Source: Antedon mediterranea (lineage: Eukaryota; Animalia; Echinodermata). Taken from it: 64,000 nt of DNA. Within the stretch, counting starts at the first letter, position 1. Each line of letters opens with the position of its first letter. Positions 1 through 14,615 of this stretch are shown here, one piece after another. The stretch covers positions 14,455,045 through 14,519,044 of the forward strand of contig NC_092680.1 of NCBI RefSeq assembly GCF_964355755.1. Reading direction: 5' to 3'. A program made the translations under genes and the position numbers. A model generated the notes under the pieces. It worked only from the letters and a program-made list of their open reading frames with translations. It searched no databases and was not told the origin of the DNA.

Positions 1-117
1 GTAGCCACTAGATGTAATCAAAGAAGAAGAAGAAATGAGTAATCCACGATTTTTGCATTAGAAATTTGTAACAGACAATGATGCCTGCCCTCATAAGGGC
101 GGATGTATACATACTAA

Positions 118-650
118 GAGCCTGTTCACACACGTATGGCGTGTGAACTAGGCGGTGACGTTATTAACGCAACCCACTACGCCACGTCCGTGGCGTTATT
201 AACGTCAGTGACGCTTGAATGATTTTGACCCTCTTTCAAGATATTTACCAATTAATTCCTGTTTTTTTACTGAGGGCCTAAATTGTATTGCTGATATTAA
301 AACAAGCTATTTAGCTGCTCCCTGCCCTTCGATCTAAAAGCGGATGAATTGTTTAGGATTAAATAAAGTAAATAGTGTCCAAAAGCACAGTGTTTTTGGG
401 AAAGAATTGATTTAGAAATTAAGTGCTGACTATATTTCCAGAAATGGTAAAGAAACAATCACCAAGACAGTGTAAAATCTAAAAAGGAACCAAGAGTTTA
501 AAACGTAAACGATACATTGGACTTCTTTGTTTAACGCCATTCATTAATACCGAACGGCGTACGTGTGAACACCTGACCATTTTAATCCGTACTGGATTCT
601 ACCGCTTGCGTAAGTCACGCCAGTTTTACGCCGTACGTATGAACGTACCC
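118..650. mobile_element. Degenerate Harbinger-like MITE
   Basis: Imperfect TIRs gttcacacacgtatggcgt / acgccgtacgtatgaac flanked by TAA. Confidence 0.55.
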
Positions 651-2049
651 TAAAGAACACTTGATTTAATCATGGATTAAGGAGGAATAGAAGGATATGT
701 ATTGACGGTGACATCATAGTCAATAGAATTATGGTGAAATCAAACGGTTTTCCAAAGCGACGCTCATTAAACTCTGTGTCTCTAGCCGCGGCCCTTTATA
801 GAACGCTGCGAATCAACTGTTACATTTTGTTGAGAACAAAACGTAGCCATGTAGAAATCGTATGCGCTGCGCAGTCTGATTGTTCTATTGACATGCGTGC
901 GTCGATAATTAATTGTCAACAACAATATTGCTGAACAATTCTGTTTTAATTTCATCACAATCGGACTACGAAAAGTTCACTTTCTTACGACCGTTAATTT
1001 TAAGTAGTTGGTAATATTAATAAAATATGAAATTTTTATATTTGAATTATCATATTGGCCTGCCACCTCCTGTCATTAAAATTGTGTTAATCTATAGAAT
1101 ATTAAATTATGCATTTTACCATGTATGTTGTTACCGTCTGTTTTGCAGTACAACAAACGTGTTTGTAGCTAAGTTTCTTCATAAATCTCTTGTTAAATAT
1201 ATTCTTTATCTATTCAGTAACGACAAATGTTTTTCATGTTGTATAGGCCTATAATTAATAATATACCACTTACCACTTGCTTGTAGTGAAATTAGCCTAA
1301 ATCAGAAACAGCATTAAGACACACACAAATATATATTATTTTTTCCCGGAGAAATCTTATGTAGGAGAATTTTACAGTAGGCGGAGGTATGCACTCTCGG
1401 AGTGGCTTTCTAGTTGCTCATGTTTCCACCTCACGCACGCCGCTCCTGCCAGATATAAGATTGACCACCATTTTACGATATTTCCAAACACCAAATACAG
1501 TGATAAAACTAGGCTAGGTTATGTTTCTTACTAATTAGTTTTCTTATATATAGGCAATAACTAGATGATTCGGCCGAAGTGTTTATGCTGACGGGACAAT
1601 TTGGTCTGGAGAAATCAGAAAAAAAAGAGAATCTATTTTTATTCTGATTTCTCCAGTATTAGCATTATTCATTATGTCTTAGTTGCTCTTTCCCAACATA
1701 ATAGCCGGCCATCAACTAGACGATATATCATCAATCTGGTCCGAAGCACCGTGTCCCCTTTTTAAACCTACACATTTTCCGACTTATTTTTAGAGGTTTC
1801 ATTTAATTTGACTGGCTTCTGATCGTTGACGAGTTTATCATTCCAATATATTCCCATCATCATTATCTGGTTTTTTTTTATCATGCCATGCATTTCCAGT
1901 AATCTTCGCATTTTCTCTGTAATTGTTATCTTATACCTTTTGAACTAAATTCTTGGTCTGGACAGTAAAACACACTCTGGTGGTGGTGGTGGTAGTAGTT
2001 GGTGCGTTTTATCAGAGCCTTATTATTATATCGTGCTCAGCGTTTTATA

Positions 2050-4700
2050 TTATATAGAACCGGTAAACAGACCAGAGGAGACCAAAAACCTAGGCAAATA
2101 ATTGCTAAATTTATCTATAGACCAGAACGAAACGAGGTTCTTAAGAAGGTGAAGTCACTGATAAATATAGATTTTTATGCAATGGAGGACCTTACAGCAT
2201 CAGATGCCAAGAAGAAACGTGAGTACCGAGACATAATGTTGAAAGCATACAATGAAGGAAGACATCCTGTATTTAGAAATGGATCATTATATATGAAGAC
2301 GAAAATACAACCGCATTTAACTATAAGGAAAACTATTACTTTAGTATTGATACATTTAAATCCACGTTCAGTCAAACGTCAACTAATAGTTTTTCTATGT
2401 TTGCATTAAATTGTAGAAGTATTGTAAACAAATTTGAAGAATTTAAAAATGATGTATCCTCCCTCGATTTTTAATTTAATGTAATAGGACTTACTGAAAC
2501 TTGGCTTTCAAGCAAACATCACCTTGGTTTATATACACTTCCAAACTATACACCTATCTTTAAAAACCTAGAAACCCAGACAGGGGGATGTGTAGCATTG
2601 TACATTACAGTCAAATATATCATATCAAATAAGAAATGACGATCTGCTATGATAAACGATGGAGAGTGCATTATAATTGAATTAAAAAATAATGATAAAT
2701 CAATTATATGTGGAATAATCTATAGGCCTCCTAAAGCCCATATTCCAACATTTACTAATCAACTTAGTGAATTAATGCACATGATAAACAATGAAAATAA
2801 AAAGGCATACCTTATGGGTGACTTTAACCTAGATCTACAAAAATATAACTGTGACAATAATGTTTAAACTCATGTAGACAACATGCTAACAGAATCTTTC
2901 ATTTCACTAGTTAATAAACCCACCCGAATCACAAAAGATACCGCAACAGTAATTGACAATATTTTTACAAATTATCAGGAATTCCAAAATATTAACACAG
3001 GAATATTAGTTAACGACATATCTGACCACTTTGCAGTTTTCTGCATGGATGATTCAGAAAATTATTCATTACCACGATCAGAAAAATTTGTAATAAAAAG
3101 AAGCTATACTGATCAACAAAAACGGCAATTTAGACTTGAATTACAGGGCTATGATTGGCAATATGTAACTAGCATTGAAAATGCGAATGAATCATATAAA
3201 CGTTTCTCAGATTCTTTAAAAACAATTATAGATAAGCATTTCCCACTAAAAACAGTTAGGTTAAAAGTAGATACAATTAAATCCCCGTGGATAACATATG
3301 GAATTCAAAAATCTCTTTGTACGAAAAATAAATTATACATCAAATATAAACAGAAACCAACAGATATAAATAAATCTAAATATAAGAAATATAAGAATAA
3401 GTTAACATCAATAATAAGAGAAAGCAAAAAACTACTTATTACAAAAATGAATTTGAAAAGCACAAGAGTAATATAAAGAAAACATGGGGTGTCATAAACT
3501 CATTATTAGGTATGAAGAAACATCAAGACATGCCTCAAAAAATGAAAATCAACTCCCATCAACTTAATGACCCAACATCCATAGCCAATGCGTTTAACAC
3601 ATACTTTATAAATATAGGTGACCAAATGACAGGTGATGATAACCGTAATAGTAACACCGAATATAAAATACAACATGACATTTTGAATTCAGTGTTTTTT
3701 AGAGCTGTATCCGAGTCCAATATCATTAAATACATTAATGACTTAAATGTAAATAAGTCAAGTGGTTGTGATGACATTGGTACTTATATAAAAAATAACT
3801 CAGATATACTGGCTAAACCGTTATCTCATATAATCAATGTATCCCTTCAATCGGGTGTATTTCCTTGTCAACTAAAAATTGCTAAAACAATTCCTGTGTA
3901 TAAAAAAGGAGCAAGGGAGAACATAGAAAATTACCGATATCGATATTACCATGTATATCTAAGGTATTTGAAAGGGTCGTATATGACCAAACAATCGCTT
4001 TTTTGTGTAAATATGATATGTTACATGAATCTCAATATGGATTCAGGGCAGGTCATTCAACTAACCACGCCCTCCTACAAGTCCTTGATAAAATAACAAC
4101 AGCCGTTGACAACAAGCAATTTATGATTGGCGTATTTTTGGATTTATCCAAGGCGTTCGATTCGATAGATCATGAATTATTGCTCACAAAATTGCCCCAT
4201 TATGGAATAAGAGGCGTGGTTCTTGATTGGTACCGAAGCTACCTTAGAGAAAGACAAGTGTCAGTCTGTAACCAAAATAATAAAACAAGGCGTTCTACAA
4301 GGGTCAATCCTTGGACCCCTGCTGTTTTTGATTTTCATAAATGACATGTTTTCTGTAAGTAATGTCGTTGATTTAATAATGTTTGCAGATGATACGAATA
4401 TGTTTTTACAACACAATGATATCGTCACTGCCTTTACAATAATGACAAATGAACTAAATAAAAAATGGTGTAAAACTAATAGAACTATTAATACAACCAA
4501 GACTACTTTAATTAATATTTAATTATTGTTTATTGTAATTGATACAATTATTAGTGTATTTTGTACTGGTGAAACCAGGCTTAAAGCTCTATATTGAGCT
4601 TATTTGGTCTTTTCCAGGCTTTGCATTTTTTATTTAATACTTATTATGTAAAACTATTAAGTTTGATGCATTGTGAAATAAAAACGAACGAACGAACGAA
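2050..4700 (+). mobile_element. Decayed CR1/L2-clade LINE (ORF1 C-terminus, APE, RT, 3' tail)
   Basis: ORF1 'PRQIIAKF...EDLT'; APE 'IYRPP', 'GDFN', 'PTR', 'SDH'; RT 'QYGFR', 'LDLSKAFD', 'QGSILGP', 'FADD'. Frameshifts and stops present. AATAAA followed by (AACG)n tail at about 4677-4700. Confidence 0.92.
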
Positions 4701-4808
4701 ATGAATTAATAGTTATAAAGAAACAATATATCTTTGCGAAAACAACATTTGTAAAATATGTCTAACTTTAACTTAATTAATTACATTTTCGTATATATTT
4801 TGAGACTG

Positions 4809-4814
<6 letters not shown>

Positions 4815-4901
<87 letters not shown>
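4815..4901. repeat. (TA)n microsatellite
   Basis: Directly visible. Confidence 0.99.
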
Positions 4902-4902
<1 letters not shown>

Positions 4903-5839
4903 GTAGGCCTACGTTGTATTTTCCTTCATTTATTTACTACATGAAAACATTTTTGTAATATATTTGTAAATTTATATTTTAAGTTAGGGTGCTTGTGGTT
5001 ATCCTGTTTTTCACACTTTATTGTACTTAATTTTTTATTTATATTTTTATGAATGTTGTGTGAAAAATAAAAGAATCAATCAATCAATCAATATTCTACA
5101 TACGCCCTCTGCTGTTCGTACGTGTGTGGAGGAGAGAGAAGATCAGAGGCTACGACGTGCGCGCGCCCATGGTATTTTTGCGCGCTACATATTGATTTTT
5201 TAAATTAAACACGAAGAGAATAAAATAAACTGTTGTGCATACGGTGTGATATTGTCTATTTATTGTTTGATAAATATGTATAGGGATTAGGCCTAACCCC
5301 CCCCCCCCCCCAGTGGATTCTGATAATTTAAAAGGAAATACCCCTCTCTAGTAGTAGTAGCAGGCTAGCCCACCTAGGCCTAGCTAGCTAGGAGGCAGGC
5401 CTAGGGCCTAGCTAGGCCTATACTATAGGCTAGGCTACTAGGCCCTAGGCCCTAGACTAGTAGGCTAGCTAGCCTGATATCTACCTAACAAGGCTAGGCC
5501 TATTGTTGCATGTTAATTATTAATACTAGGCCTAGGGCCTAGGCTTATTAGCCTAGCCTAGCAATTTAACTTGTTGTATTGTAAAGAATTGTGTATAAAT
5601 TATAGGCCAAAGGCCTCTAGAACATCTTTTGACTTGTATGTAATGAATAAACCTAGGCCCTAGAACACCATATAGAGCTTCAGCCCAGCTGAATATTTAG
5701 GCTTTAGGCTATAATTAATAGGCCTATGTATTATTAGCTTTATTCTGATCGAATTTATTACACTCTTTTCGAAAGTATCAAGTTATTAAAATGAATGTTT
5801 TCTTGCCCCCTATAGATAGGCCTACATTTTCAAACTAAA

Positions 5840-8800
5840 ATGACGTCAACTCTAAAGACACTGCTATGCTTTCTTCTTCCGATAGCCGTTCTTATTGTAT
5901 CAAGTAAGTAGACTGTACACGTCCACGGTCTAGTAATACGTAATGCGTTCAGGTCAACCTTTCTTGCACGTCCGTGCGCATTTTGGTACAGTAGAGTTTT
6001 GAAACTACCTTTGATGTTCATGTGATACATTTAATTAATTTTCATAAACTCTGAGATAAACGACACACTTGCACATTGACTCAACATGTAGTTAAGCTTG
6101 GTTCCCACTAGAACGTAACGCAAGGACGTAAACGCAACGCAAGCGTTTTAACCAATGACAAGCGAAGTTATAGACAGATAGCAATCACAAGCGAATAAGC
6201 CATCGCTTGTGATTGGTCAATTCACTTGCGTTGCGTTACGTCCTTGTGTTGCGTCGCTAGTGGGAACCACGCTTTAGGAGGCGTAACGTACGTAAGTGAG
6301 TTTATCAATCACAGGCGAGCGGTGATTCATTGCGTCGTGATTGGTCAAATGCGGTGCGCTTAACAATATTTGCTTATATTAAGTCCTTCTTGCGCGCGTT
6401 GCATTAAACAAAGTGGGAACTAAGTAGGCCTATAAGCTGCGTTGCTAACCATCAGAGCTCGAAAGTTCATTACGTAAGTTTATTCATTTATCACTATGGA
6501 TAATATGATCTTTAGAAGTGAATAGACTAAATCCAGCAGCACTAGTTTAGGTGAGAGCATTGTATCCGATTTAGTGCACATTACGTTGGGGTTTCAAAGT
6601 TCACCTAACTATTTTAGATAAATAATGTTATAATATTATCTTAGCTAATGGTCTCAGATGTTATGAATGTCATAATGTATTTGGTGGCTCTTGTTCAGAA
6701 GACAACTTCAATCCCGCAAGTGCCACAATAGTCACGTGTAATTCAACTGACATATGCACGGTACGTAACTGTTAAAAATGTAATGTAATGTATTAATTTA
6801 TTCTGGTCCTCATGCTTACGTAACAAAAATCAACCACTAATGTAACAATCTATTAACCACTAACGTAACTACAGTTTAACAACTGAAGTAACACATTTCA
6901 TCAATCACTAACGTAACAAAATTTAACCACTAACGTAACAACAGGAGAAAATGTTAAGAAATCTTAGACTTTAAAAATTCTCTGTCATATTTTTGGTTTT
7001 GAAAGTTGGAAATCTAGGAATTGAGTTCAGTCATGTTTGTCTGTTCGTCAGCTCTCTTTAACTGGATAAATAATGGTGTTACAGTACTTCAGGCCTAATT
7101 GAATTTAACTAAAATATTTTTGGCTAATGTTATTATTATTATATTTGAAAAACGCCTTTCCAGAAGATCAAAGCGCTGTACAAAGAAAATGATCAGAAAC
7201 CACATACAAAAAAATAAATAAAAATGCTAATTAGGCAACAGATACGTTTTTAGTTGTTTCTTAAAATGCGAGAACAAGAAGCTAGTCGGATATCCAAATA
7301 TCCGCTTCTCATAATCGATCGAGAAAAGGTCCCTTAAAAGAGGTGGTGGTCCTTTAAAAGATGTGGTTCCTTACGAGAGGTAGTCGTTAAGAGAGGTGGT
7401 CGATTATGAAAAGCCTTACAAGAGGAGGTGGTCGATTTTGTCGAGAAGTGGCCCCTTAAGAGATGGTGGTCGTTTAAGAGAGATTGTCACTTACGAGAGG
7501 TGGTCTTTACGAGAGTTGTTTGATTAAGAGAAGCGGTCCCTTAAGAGAGGTGGTCGCGAATAATGAGGGAGGTTGCTTACGATGTACGGTCGTTTTAGGT
7601 AGGTGGTCACTTACAAGCTGGCTGCTTTTGGAAGTCGGTCGCTTACGAAAGATGGAGACTGATAGCTATAAGTAAGAAATGCATTTGTACAAATTTAAAA
7701 ATACTTTTTCCGAATAGTGTAGGCCTACGAAAGTTCTTTAACTTTCGCACTCTATGTACACGGGACCAACAGCTTTACATCAAATATGGTACAAATATGC
7801 TCTAAACATCATCATACATAAATAGTACAATACAATATGTATGTGTGTGAGGAGCCAAAAAATAGCTTTCGCTAATCAAGGTTTGACTCCTGTCACAAAA
7901 ATAAATTAGTCATAATGCACACATTTTCATCTATCAACAATGATTCAATAAAAAAGAAACAACAACTATATAAAAGAAATAACGTAAACAAGATTTGTGA
8001 ATTTAAATCTAGAACTAATAACTAATTGTAAATTATTCCAAAGTTGAGCTCTATTATAAGAAATTCTAAATTTACCAGCATCTGTGCGAGCCTTCGGATT
8101 TTCAAAATTATATTTATTACTAAATCTGGTACTAGCATTATGTGTAAATAAATAAAAGTATTCCATTGTTTAAATGTGGTGTTTTGCCGTTAATTTGGTC
8201 ATGAACAAACTTAACTATACTTAATTCAAACAACTTAAAAACGTCTAAAATACCCAGATCTTTAAATAATGAAGAAGATGGAGCCATAAAATCATAGAAA
8301 GTTATACACAAGACACATTTGGACAAGGAAAATAGGATATAGATGCGACCTATACGTGTTACCCCAGACTTCTAAACCATAAGTAATATTTGATTGAATA
8401 AATAATTTATAAAGCATAAGTAAAATATTACGGGGTACAATATGGCGTAAACTAAACAGAATTCCAGATTTCTTTTTTATCCTATTTTTAATCAAGTTGA
8501 TATGGCTCTTCCATGTGTTTATCTAATTTAACACCTAAAAACTGAATTTCATTGACTTCTTTAATCATAACATGTTTGTAATAAATATTGTTTGATTTGT
8601 TAATAGTTTTATATCGGTTACAAAAAATAATATAATTAGTTTTAACCAAATTAACAGTTAATTTATTAGCGTCACACCAGTTTGATATTTTTTTTAAATG
8701 ATGATTTACCATAGACAAATCAATATTACTGCCTGCAAAATTGTGATATAAGGTAGTGTCGTCAGCAAATAAACGAAATAAAAAAAACTGGAAGAATTTG

Positions 8801-11683
8801 GTAAATCATTAATATAGATTAGAAAAAGAGTGGGTCCAAGAACCGAGCCTTGCGGAACACCGCATTGAATTGATAAATGATCGGAGCTTTGACCGTTCGA
8901 AAAAAACAAATTGGGATCTATTTTTTAAATAATCAGTAAACAAAAGTAACGGTTGCCCTCTAATACCATAATAATAAATATAATTTGGATATACAAAATG
9001 TGGTGATTAATTGTATCAAAGGCTTTAGAAAAATCAATAAATATACCTGGTGAAGACTGATTATTATCAACTTGGTAAAGAAAATTATTAATTAGATTAA
9101 TTAAGGATAATTTTGTACTATATTTTTCACGAAAACCGGACTGGTGTTTAAAGAACAAATTATATTTTTCAAAGAAGATAATAAGTTATTGATAATTCTT
9201 TCAAACATTGTACTAAATAAAGGCAAAATGGAAATTGGACGATAATTACCGGTTTTTTCTGTATTACCTTTCTTAAATAGAAGTATTGGTTTTGCTACTT
9301 TCAAAGCAGTGGGGAAACGACTATGCGTCGTTTACAGCTATAACAATCAATTTAGCCGGTAAATCATCATATCCAGCTGATTTTCTAATATCAATACCTT
9401 TTAATTAATGAAGAACTTCGTCATAACATGTAGGGTTTAAAAAGAAAGATTTGTCTAAAACATTTGTCAACAAAAAAAATCAGAATACAATGATGTAGAT
9501 GCAATTTTCTCTGCAAGGTTGGGACCGATGTTAGTGAAATACTGATTAAAGGTATTTACAATTTGTTCGGAAGTATCCTGAACTATTTCATTACCATTAT
9601 CGTGTTTAATTATTAATTTTTCAGGTAGGTTAGGCTAGAAATTATTCTGGTTGTGTAAAAGTAAAGTAGTATAGTAATTTCTTTTAGCTAGTCTAAGTAG
9701 CCTACTTTTGTTAACGTATTTCTATACTTCTTATTGATGGATACTTTACTAATTTCATGTCCTGATTTAATCACCTTTGAATACAATTTATATTTTTTAT
9801 TAATTGATTGATTTGGTAATCCATGGTTTAGTTTTTGTTTTTGTTTTTGAAGATCTTTCTACCATTGGGGCATGAATATTACAATAATCACTAAATAATG
9901 AAACAAATAACTCGTATGCTTCATCAACCTCATTACAAGAGTAAATTGCATCCAAAGAAATAAGAGATAGTTCATCAATAAATCTTTGTTCATCAAAATA
10001 TTTGTAGTTTCTATACTACAATTCTATGCTATACAATTGATTGATTTGGTAATCCATGGTTTATTTTTTGTTTTTGTTTTTGAAGATCTTTCTACCATTG
10101 GGGCATGAATATTACAATAATCACTAAATAATGAAACAAATAACTCGTATGCTTCATCAACCTCATTACAAGAGTAAATTGCATCCCAAGAAATAAGAGA
10201 TAGTTCATCAATAAATCTTTGTTCATCAAAATATTTGTAGTTTCTATACTTAATTTTAGCCTTAACGTTTCATGTATTCTTAATGTTAGCAAATATTGCA
10301 AAGGTAGGTAAATGGTCTGAAATATCACATGCGATTGTACCAGAATGTATTGAATTACTAACAACATTAGTATAGAATTTATTTATGATTGTCGATGACG
10401 TTTTCGTAATCCTTGCATGAACGGTTATGATTTGGACAGATCAATATTAAAGTCTTCTAGCAGAATACATTTATGTTTATCTATTTTAATAGAATTAAGA
10501 ACATTTATTAACCCGTTGTGACATTCATGTATACTAGAGTTTGGCTTTCTATAAATAACACTTACAATAATAAAGTTATTACCATCTTAAACCTCTAACC
10601 ACAAAGATGTATTATTTGGGACAGTATAGGGAAGAACTTTATATTTAATTGAAGAGTGAATATATGCAGCAACCCCGTCGCCTTATTTGGAACAGTATAG
10701 GGAAGAACTTTATATTTAATTGAAGAGTGAATATATGCAGCAACCCCGCCGCCTTTACTATTTTCCCGACAGTTATATTCAAAAGAATAAGAAGTTAAAT
10801 GGAACAATTCTGGGTTGTCTATTTTCCATGTTTCTGAAACTCAAATAATTTTAAATTTGCCTATCAGTGTGTCTTCATAGAGCAAACGAGTTTCTTCAAA
10901 ATTGTTTTTAAGGGAACGAGCGTTTATGTGTGTTACAGTGAATGCATGATTGAACACAGTGCTGTTAGACGATTAACTGCAGACAATGTTACTGCATTTT
11001 TCACACATTTGTTATGTAAATTAATGTAAAGGTCCTCCTCAAGATAGGAATTTATAAAATCCTGCATACTACCAGGTTACTGGCATCTAACTAAAGTAAC
11101 GTAAGCCCAACTGAAACAAAGACTAAAATAAATACACAATTACAAACATTTTTTCAAAAACTTTATTGAAAGAAAAACATTGTTTATTTCTTCTATACAA
11201 AAGTGGCAACGCGGTAGTCCTCTCAACGCCAACAAAAATTAATCTCAGTACAGTATTTGTGAGTCTACTTCTTGGTCTCACTTACTTCATTAGGGTACAC
11301 TCTCTTTTGTTTACCATCGGTACCCTTTATTAACATGTATGCTGAAACAGTAAATTATCGTATTATATTGTAATATGTGATCGGTTAGTAGGCCTACTGT
11401 GTTTAGTACCATTATAATCGTCGTTATAATCTTTATTATGTATAGCTATTAGTATTAGATTCATTTTTTTTGTTTCTTTTCTTTATAGAAATCAGTTGTT
11501 GGTGGGTTAGTTGCCCGAGGTTGTGGTGAAGCAGCTGGTGTGAACGCTGACATGTGCTCCGAGTTTCTGGGCATGTTCGGTTGCATGTGCGTAACTGACC
11601 TTTGCAACAGCGCTTCGAGTATGACCTTACAAATTACCGCTTTACTGGCATCCACCTTCCTATGTGTCGTAATATTTGCTTAG
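5840..11683 (+). CDS. Ly6/uPAR (three-finger, quiver-like) GPI-anchored protein, ~124 aa. Exons 5840-5903, 6645-6760, 11489-11683
   Basis: Signal peptide [21 protein letters not shown], then LRCYEC...SC...TC...IC...RGC...MC...[10 protein letters not shown] (10 Cys) and a hydrophobic GPI-type tail [24 protein letters not shown]. Junctions are in frame. Not represented in the ORF track. Confidence 0.92.
6095..6273. mobile_element. PIF/Harbinger-like MITE
   Basis: tta|agcttggttcccactag ... ctagtgggaaccacgct|tta. Confidence 0.8.
6830..6940. repeat. Degenerate tandem repeat (aaccactaacgtaac core)
   Basis: Five imperfect units visible. Confidence 0.8.
7810..11090 (-). mobile_element. Decayed CR1-type LINE, antisense in Ly6 intron 2, with internal tandem duplications (about 9803-10250 and 10615-10750)
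   Basis: Fragments 'GGGVAAYI', 'NYRPISILP', 'QSGFR', 'IDFSKAFD', '[10 protein letters not shown]', 'YGLEVWG'. Confidence 0.92.
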
Positions 11684-12413
11684 GTGACACATTATGTGAT
11701 ACAAATACTTTTCTTTAAACGTTTGATTTTCCATACAAAATGTTTTACTTGCTGTGTTTTATAGACCTTCCAATTGTACATATTTGATTGCAGTGTGTTT
11801 CATTTATAATAAAGGACGTGTTGGTCTAACAAATAAACGTGAATATTATTTTCAAAAACAAAAAATCTATATTACTGCCGTCACAATCAAAAGATCCATC
11901 TAATACCCTTTTTAACATCTGCATAAATTGTTACAACTTGTAGGCACATACATGCTAAACATTTAGCTAAGCATTAGGTGAACGAGGTAGATGGATGGAA
12001 ATAGTCTTTTGAGTAAAATAAATTGCAAAAGTTAGTTATTTGTCTAAAACATGCTCAACTGGTTACATATATTATTATATCCAAAATCTAACCTGATCTG
12101 CCCATTTTAAATGACCTAATTTGCATAAAATCAAAATGGCTGTCATTTTACAACTTTGATTATAAACATGAACATAAACAACACAATTATAAACATGACC
12201 CCAAAGATTCAGAATAATATATTTGATTTGTCTTTGGTGTTAAGGTCAAAGGTCATTCCAGTATGACATCTAAAATATGCTATAAATATTGACGCCTATG
12301 GGTTACTATTAGAGTAGTGGGTTATTATTATAGATTGACTTATAAGGTGGGTTACTATTAGAGAGTGTGGGTTAATATTAGAATATTTACGGTATATTTT
12401 GCGAGCAGAGCCA

Positions 12414-14064
12414 TATTATACAGATATTGACTGCTTAGAGGTTAAATATAAGATTTGACATCCCCGAGGGAATGATATTATGTTCGAGGAAATATATATT
12501 TCCCGAAGCGCCAGTGTGGTTAGGATTCCGGCACCGGAATTCAACTGCCCACCGGTAGGGAATCCGACACGCTATTGCGCATGCCGAGAGCAAAGTAATT
12601 GCACTAGAGTGCCACAGACCGCGCACCACACCACACCCCAAGGAGAGAGTCGAACGCTGTTATAGGGATTTACTGTAGACTAGTTATAGTCGTTGCGCGG
12701 GGGAGAGAGCGATGGATGGACGAAACTTGGCCTACTAGGCCATACATGAATTAAATAATTAAAATACGACTACGCCACGCGTTAAAATAATTATTATGAT
12801 ATTGATAAGAGTCAGTATCTATCTAAGAATCGTAATGCTCTAATTTTATTAGACAGAGGAAGTATGAAGTTCGGAACGGGAGAAAAACACAGGCCTACCC
12901 TGTGGCATAACGCTTCTTGCGTATTTCAAGAAATGTACGAAAGTGAATATAGCGTAGCGTTGTGACCCCGACTTCCCGAACAGTTCTTTTTTTTTTCACA
13001 TCATATCCGCTCGGCGGCTGCCGTCAGCATGTTATTACAGTATATTAGTATAATGCGTTTAATGAAATCTTTTATTTTGTACTTGAAAATCATAAAACTA
13101 GTCATGTAATTATAATTCATAACTATATAAAGTTTATAATAATGAATGGGCTAGGCTAGTTCGCCGTGGCGCAGCTATTAATAGATCCATCGCTGTTAGC
13201 AAAGATAGTGTAGTATCTTTGCTGTTAGTCTGTAGATAGATAGTTTAAATAGTTTAGATGATTAATTTCTTCAAGCAAGTTCCGTTACAGCGCAGCGCAT
13301 GAAGCGTTGTCTTGTGATGGAGTGACAATTGCATCGCGAGTTCAAGACCCATACCAGTGGATGACTTTTGTTTATCTATCGGCAAACGCGAGCGTTGTCA
13401 CACGAAAATTACACAGTCAAAAAAAGACAAGACAACGCTTCATGCGCTGCGCCACGGAACTTGCTTGAAGAAATTAATCATCGAAAACTATTTAAACTAT
13501 GCCTACATAGCGCCCTCATTTATTTTTAATCCTCCCTAGATGTGATTAAACACCGTTTGTGATTGGTTAACACTTACAGTAGTAACTGGTACGCGCGCGA
13601 CGCACTGAACATCCGGTGATTCGGCTCGAAGTATGAAGACAAATTATTATTTATTCGGCCTACCTGATAATAATAATTATTATTATTATTAATGTCTTCT
13701 GTTATTATTTAAACGACCTAGGCCTAGGCTAGTGAATATTTCGTTGCCAAGGAATCATTAATTACCGTAGTAATTATCTGTATATTATTCTTCGAAAGGT
13801 ACGGTGTCTGGGCATCTTGTTTACATACATACAATACAAAAAGGAGGCCTAGCCTAGCTACCCGACCCAGCAGATATTCTACTTGTTGTTGGCTATGTAA
13901 TATAACAGATATCGCCTTTTATATCGGTAAAATATAAAATTAGACATCCCCTCGCGAATGATATTAAGTTCTTGGGAATTATATATTCCCTCGAACATAA
14001 TATCATTCTCTCGGGGATGTCAAATCTTATATTTAACCTCTAAGCAGTCAATATCTGTATAATA
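12414..14064. mobile_element. Non-coding element with ~85-bp TIRs plus an extra internal copy forming a right-end hairpin; contains a MITE at about 13247-13493
   Basis: 12414-12497 is the reverse complement of 13981-14064, with a degenerate direct copy at 13925-13980; inner ~70-bp IR. Confidence 0.8.
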
Positions 14065-14615
14065 ACTGATGATTATGCAAGGGTATACTATACCTGAAGT
14101 ATAATCGAGATCATACGAGTCCTCCGGAGGTGAGAATAATTATGCGTTCTGTGCTGTTGCTGCGCAGCGCCACCACCAGTTTTTAAAAGTTAACTAGCCT
14201 GTATCCCCCAACTACGATCTTCCACCTCTTATGTTATTTAATCATTGTGGATGGGTTTCGTCCGTTAAGGAATATTTGCGTCATATTTAAAAATAACTCC
14301 TATAATATTGAGTTAAAATTATATGTTTCTATTAAACATGAAGAGAAAGTAGTACTTCTGCATCATTTGCCATTATTTTCATGTCTCTACGATGTACGGT
14401 TTACAAGTTCTGAGTCAAAGGTCGAATTTTAAATGGCCGCAAAGAAGTTGCGAAATTTTTATACGAGTTGCATACCAAATTTCATGCTTCTAACCAAATT
14501 TGAACTATCAATCCTTTTATTTATTGCTGTTAGTGTTATTATTATTATTATTATTATTCTGTACAAAATAGTATCTATTCTTAGGTTTGATTATTTTTAA
14601 TTAGGCCTACGCGTG

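Noticed and set aside
715-895. Short IR catagtcaatagaa / ttctattgacatg and the overlapping 67-aa ORF
   Set aside because: Possibly an old MITE, but no TSD is recognisable and the ORF has no coding features.
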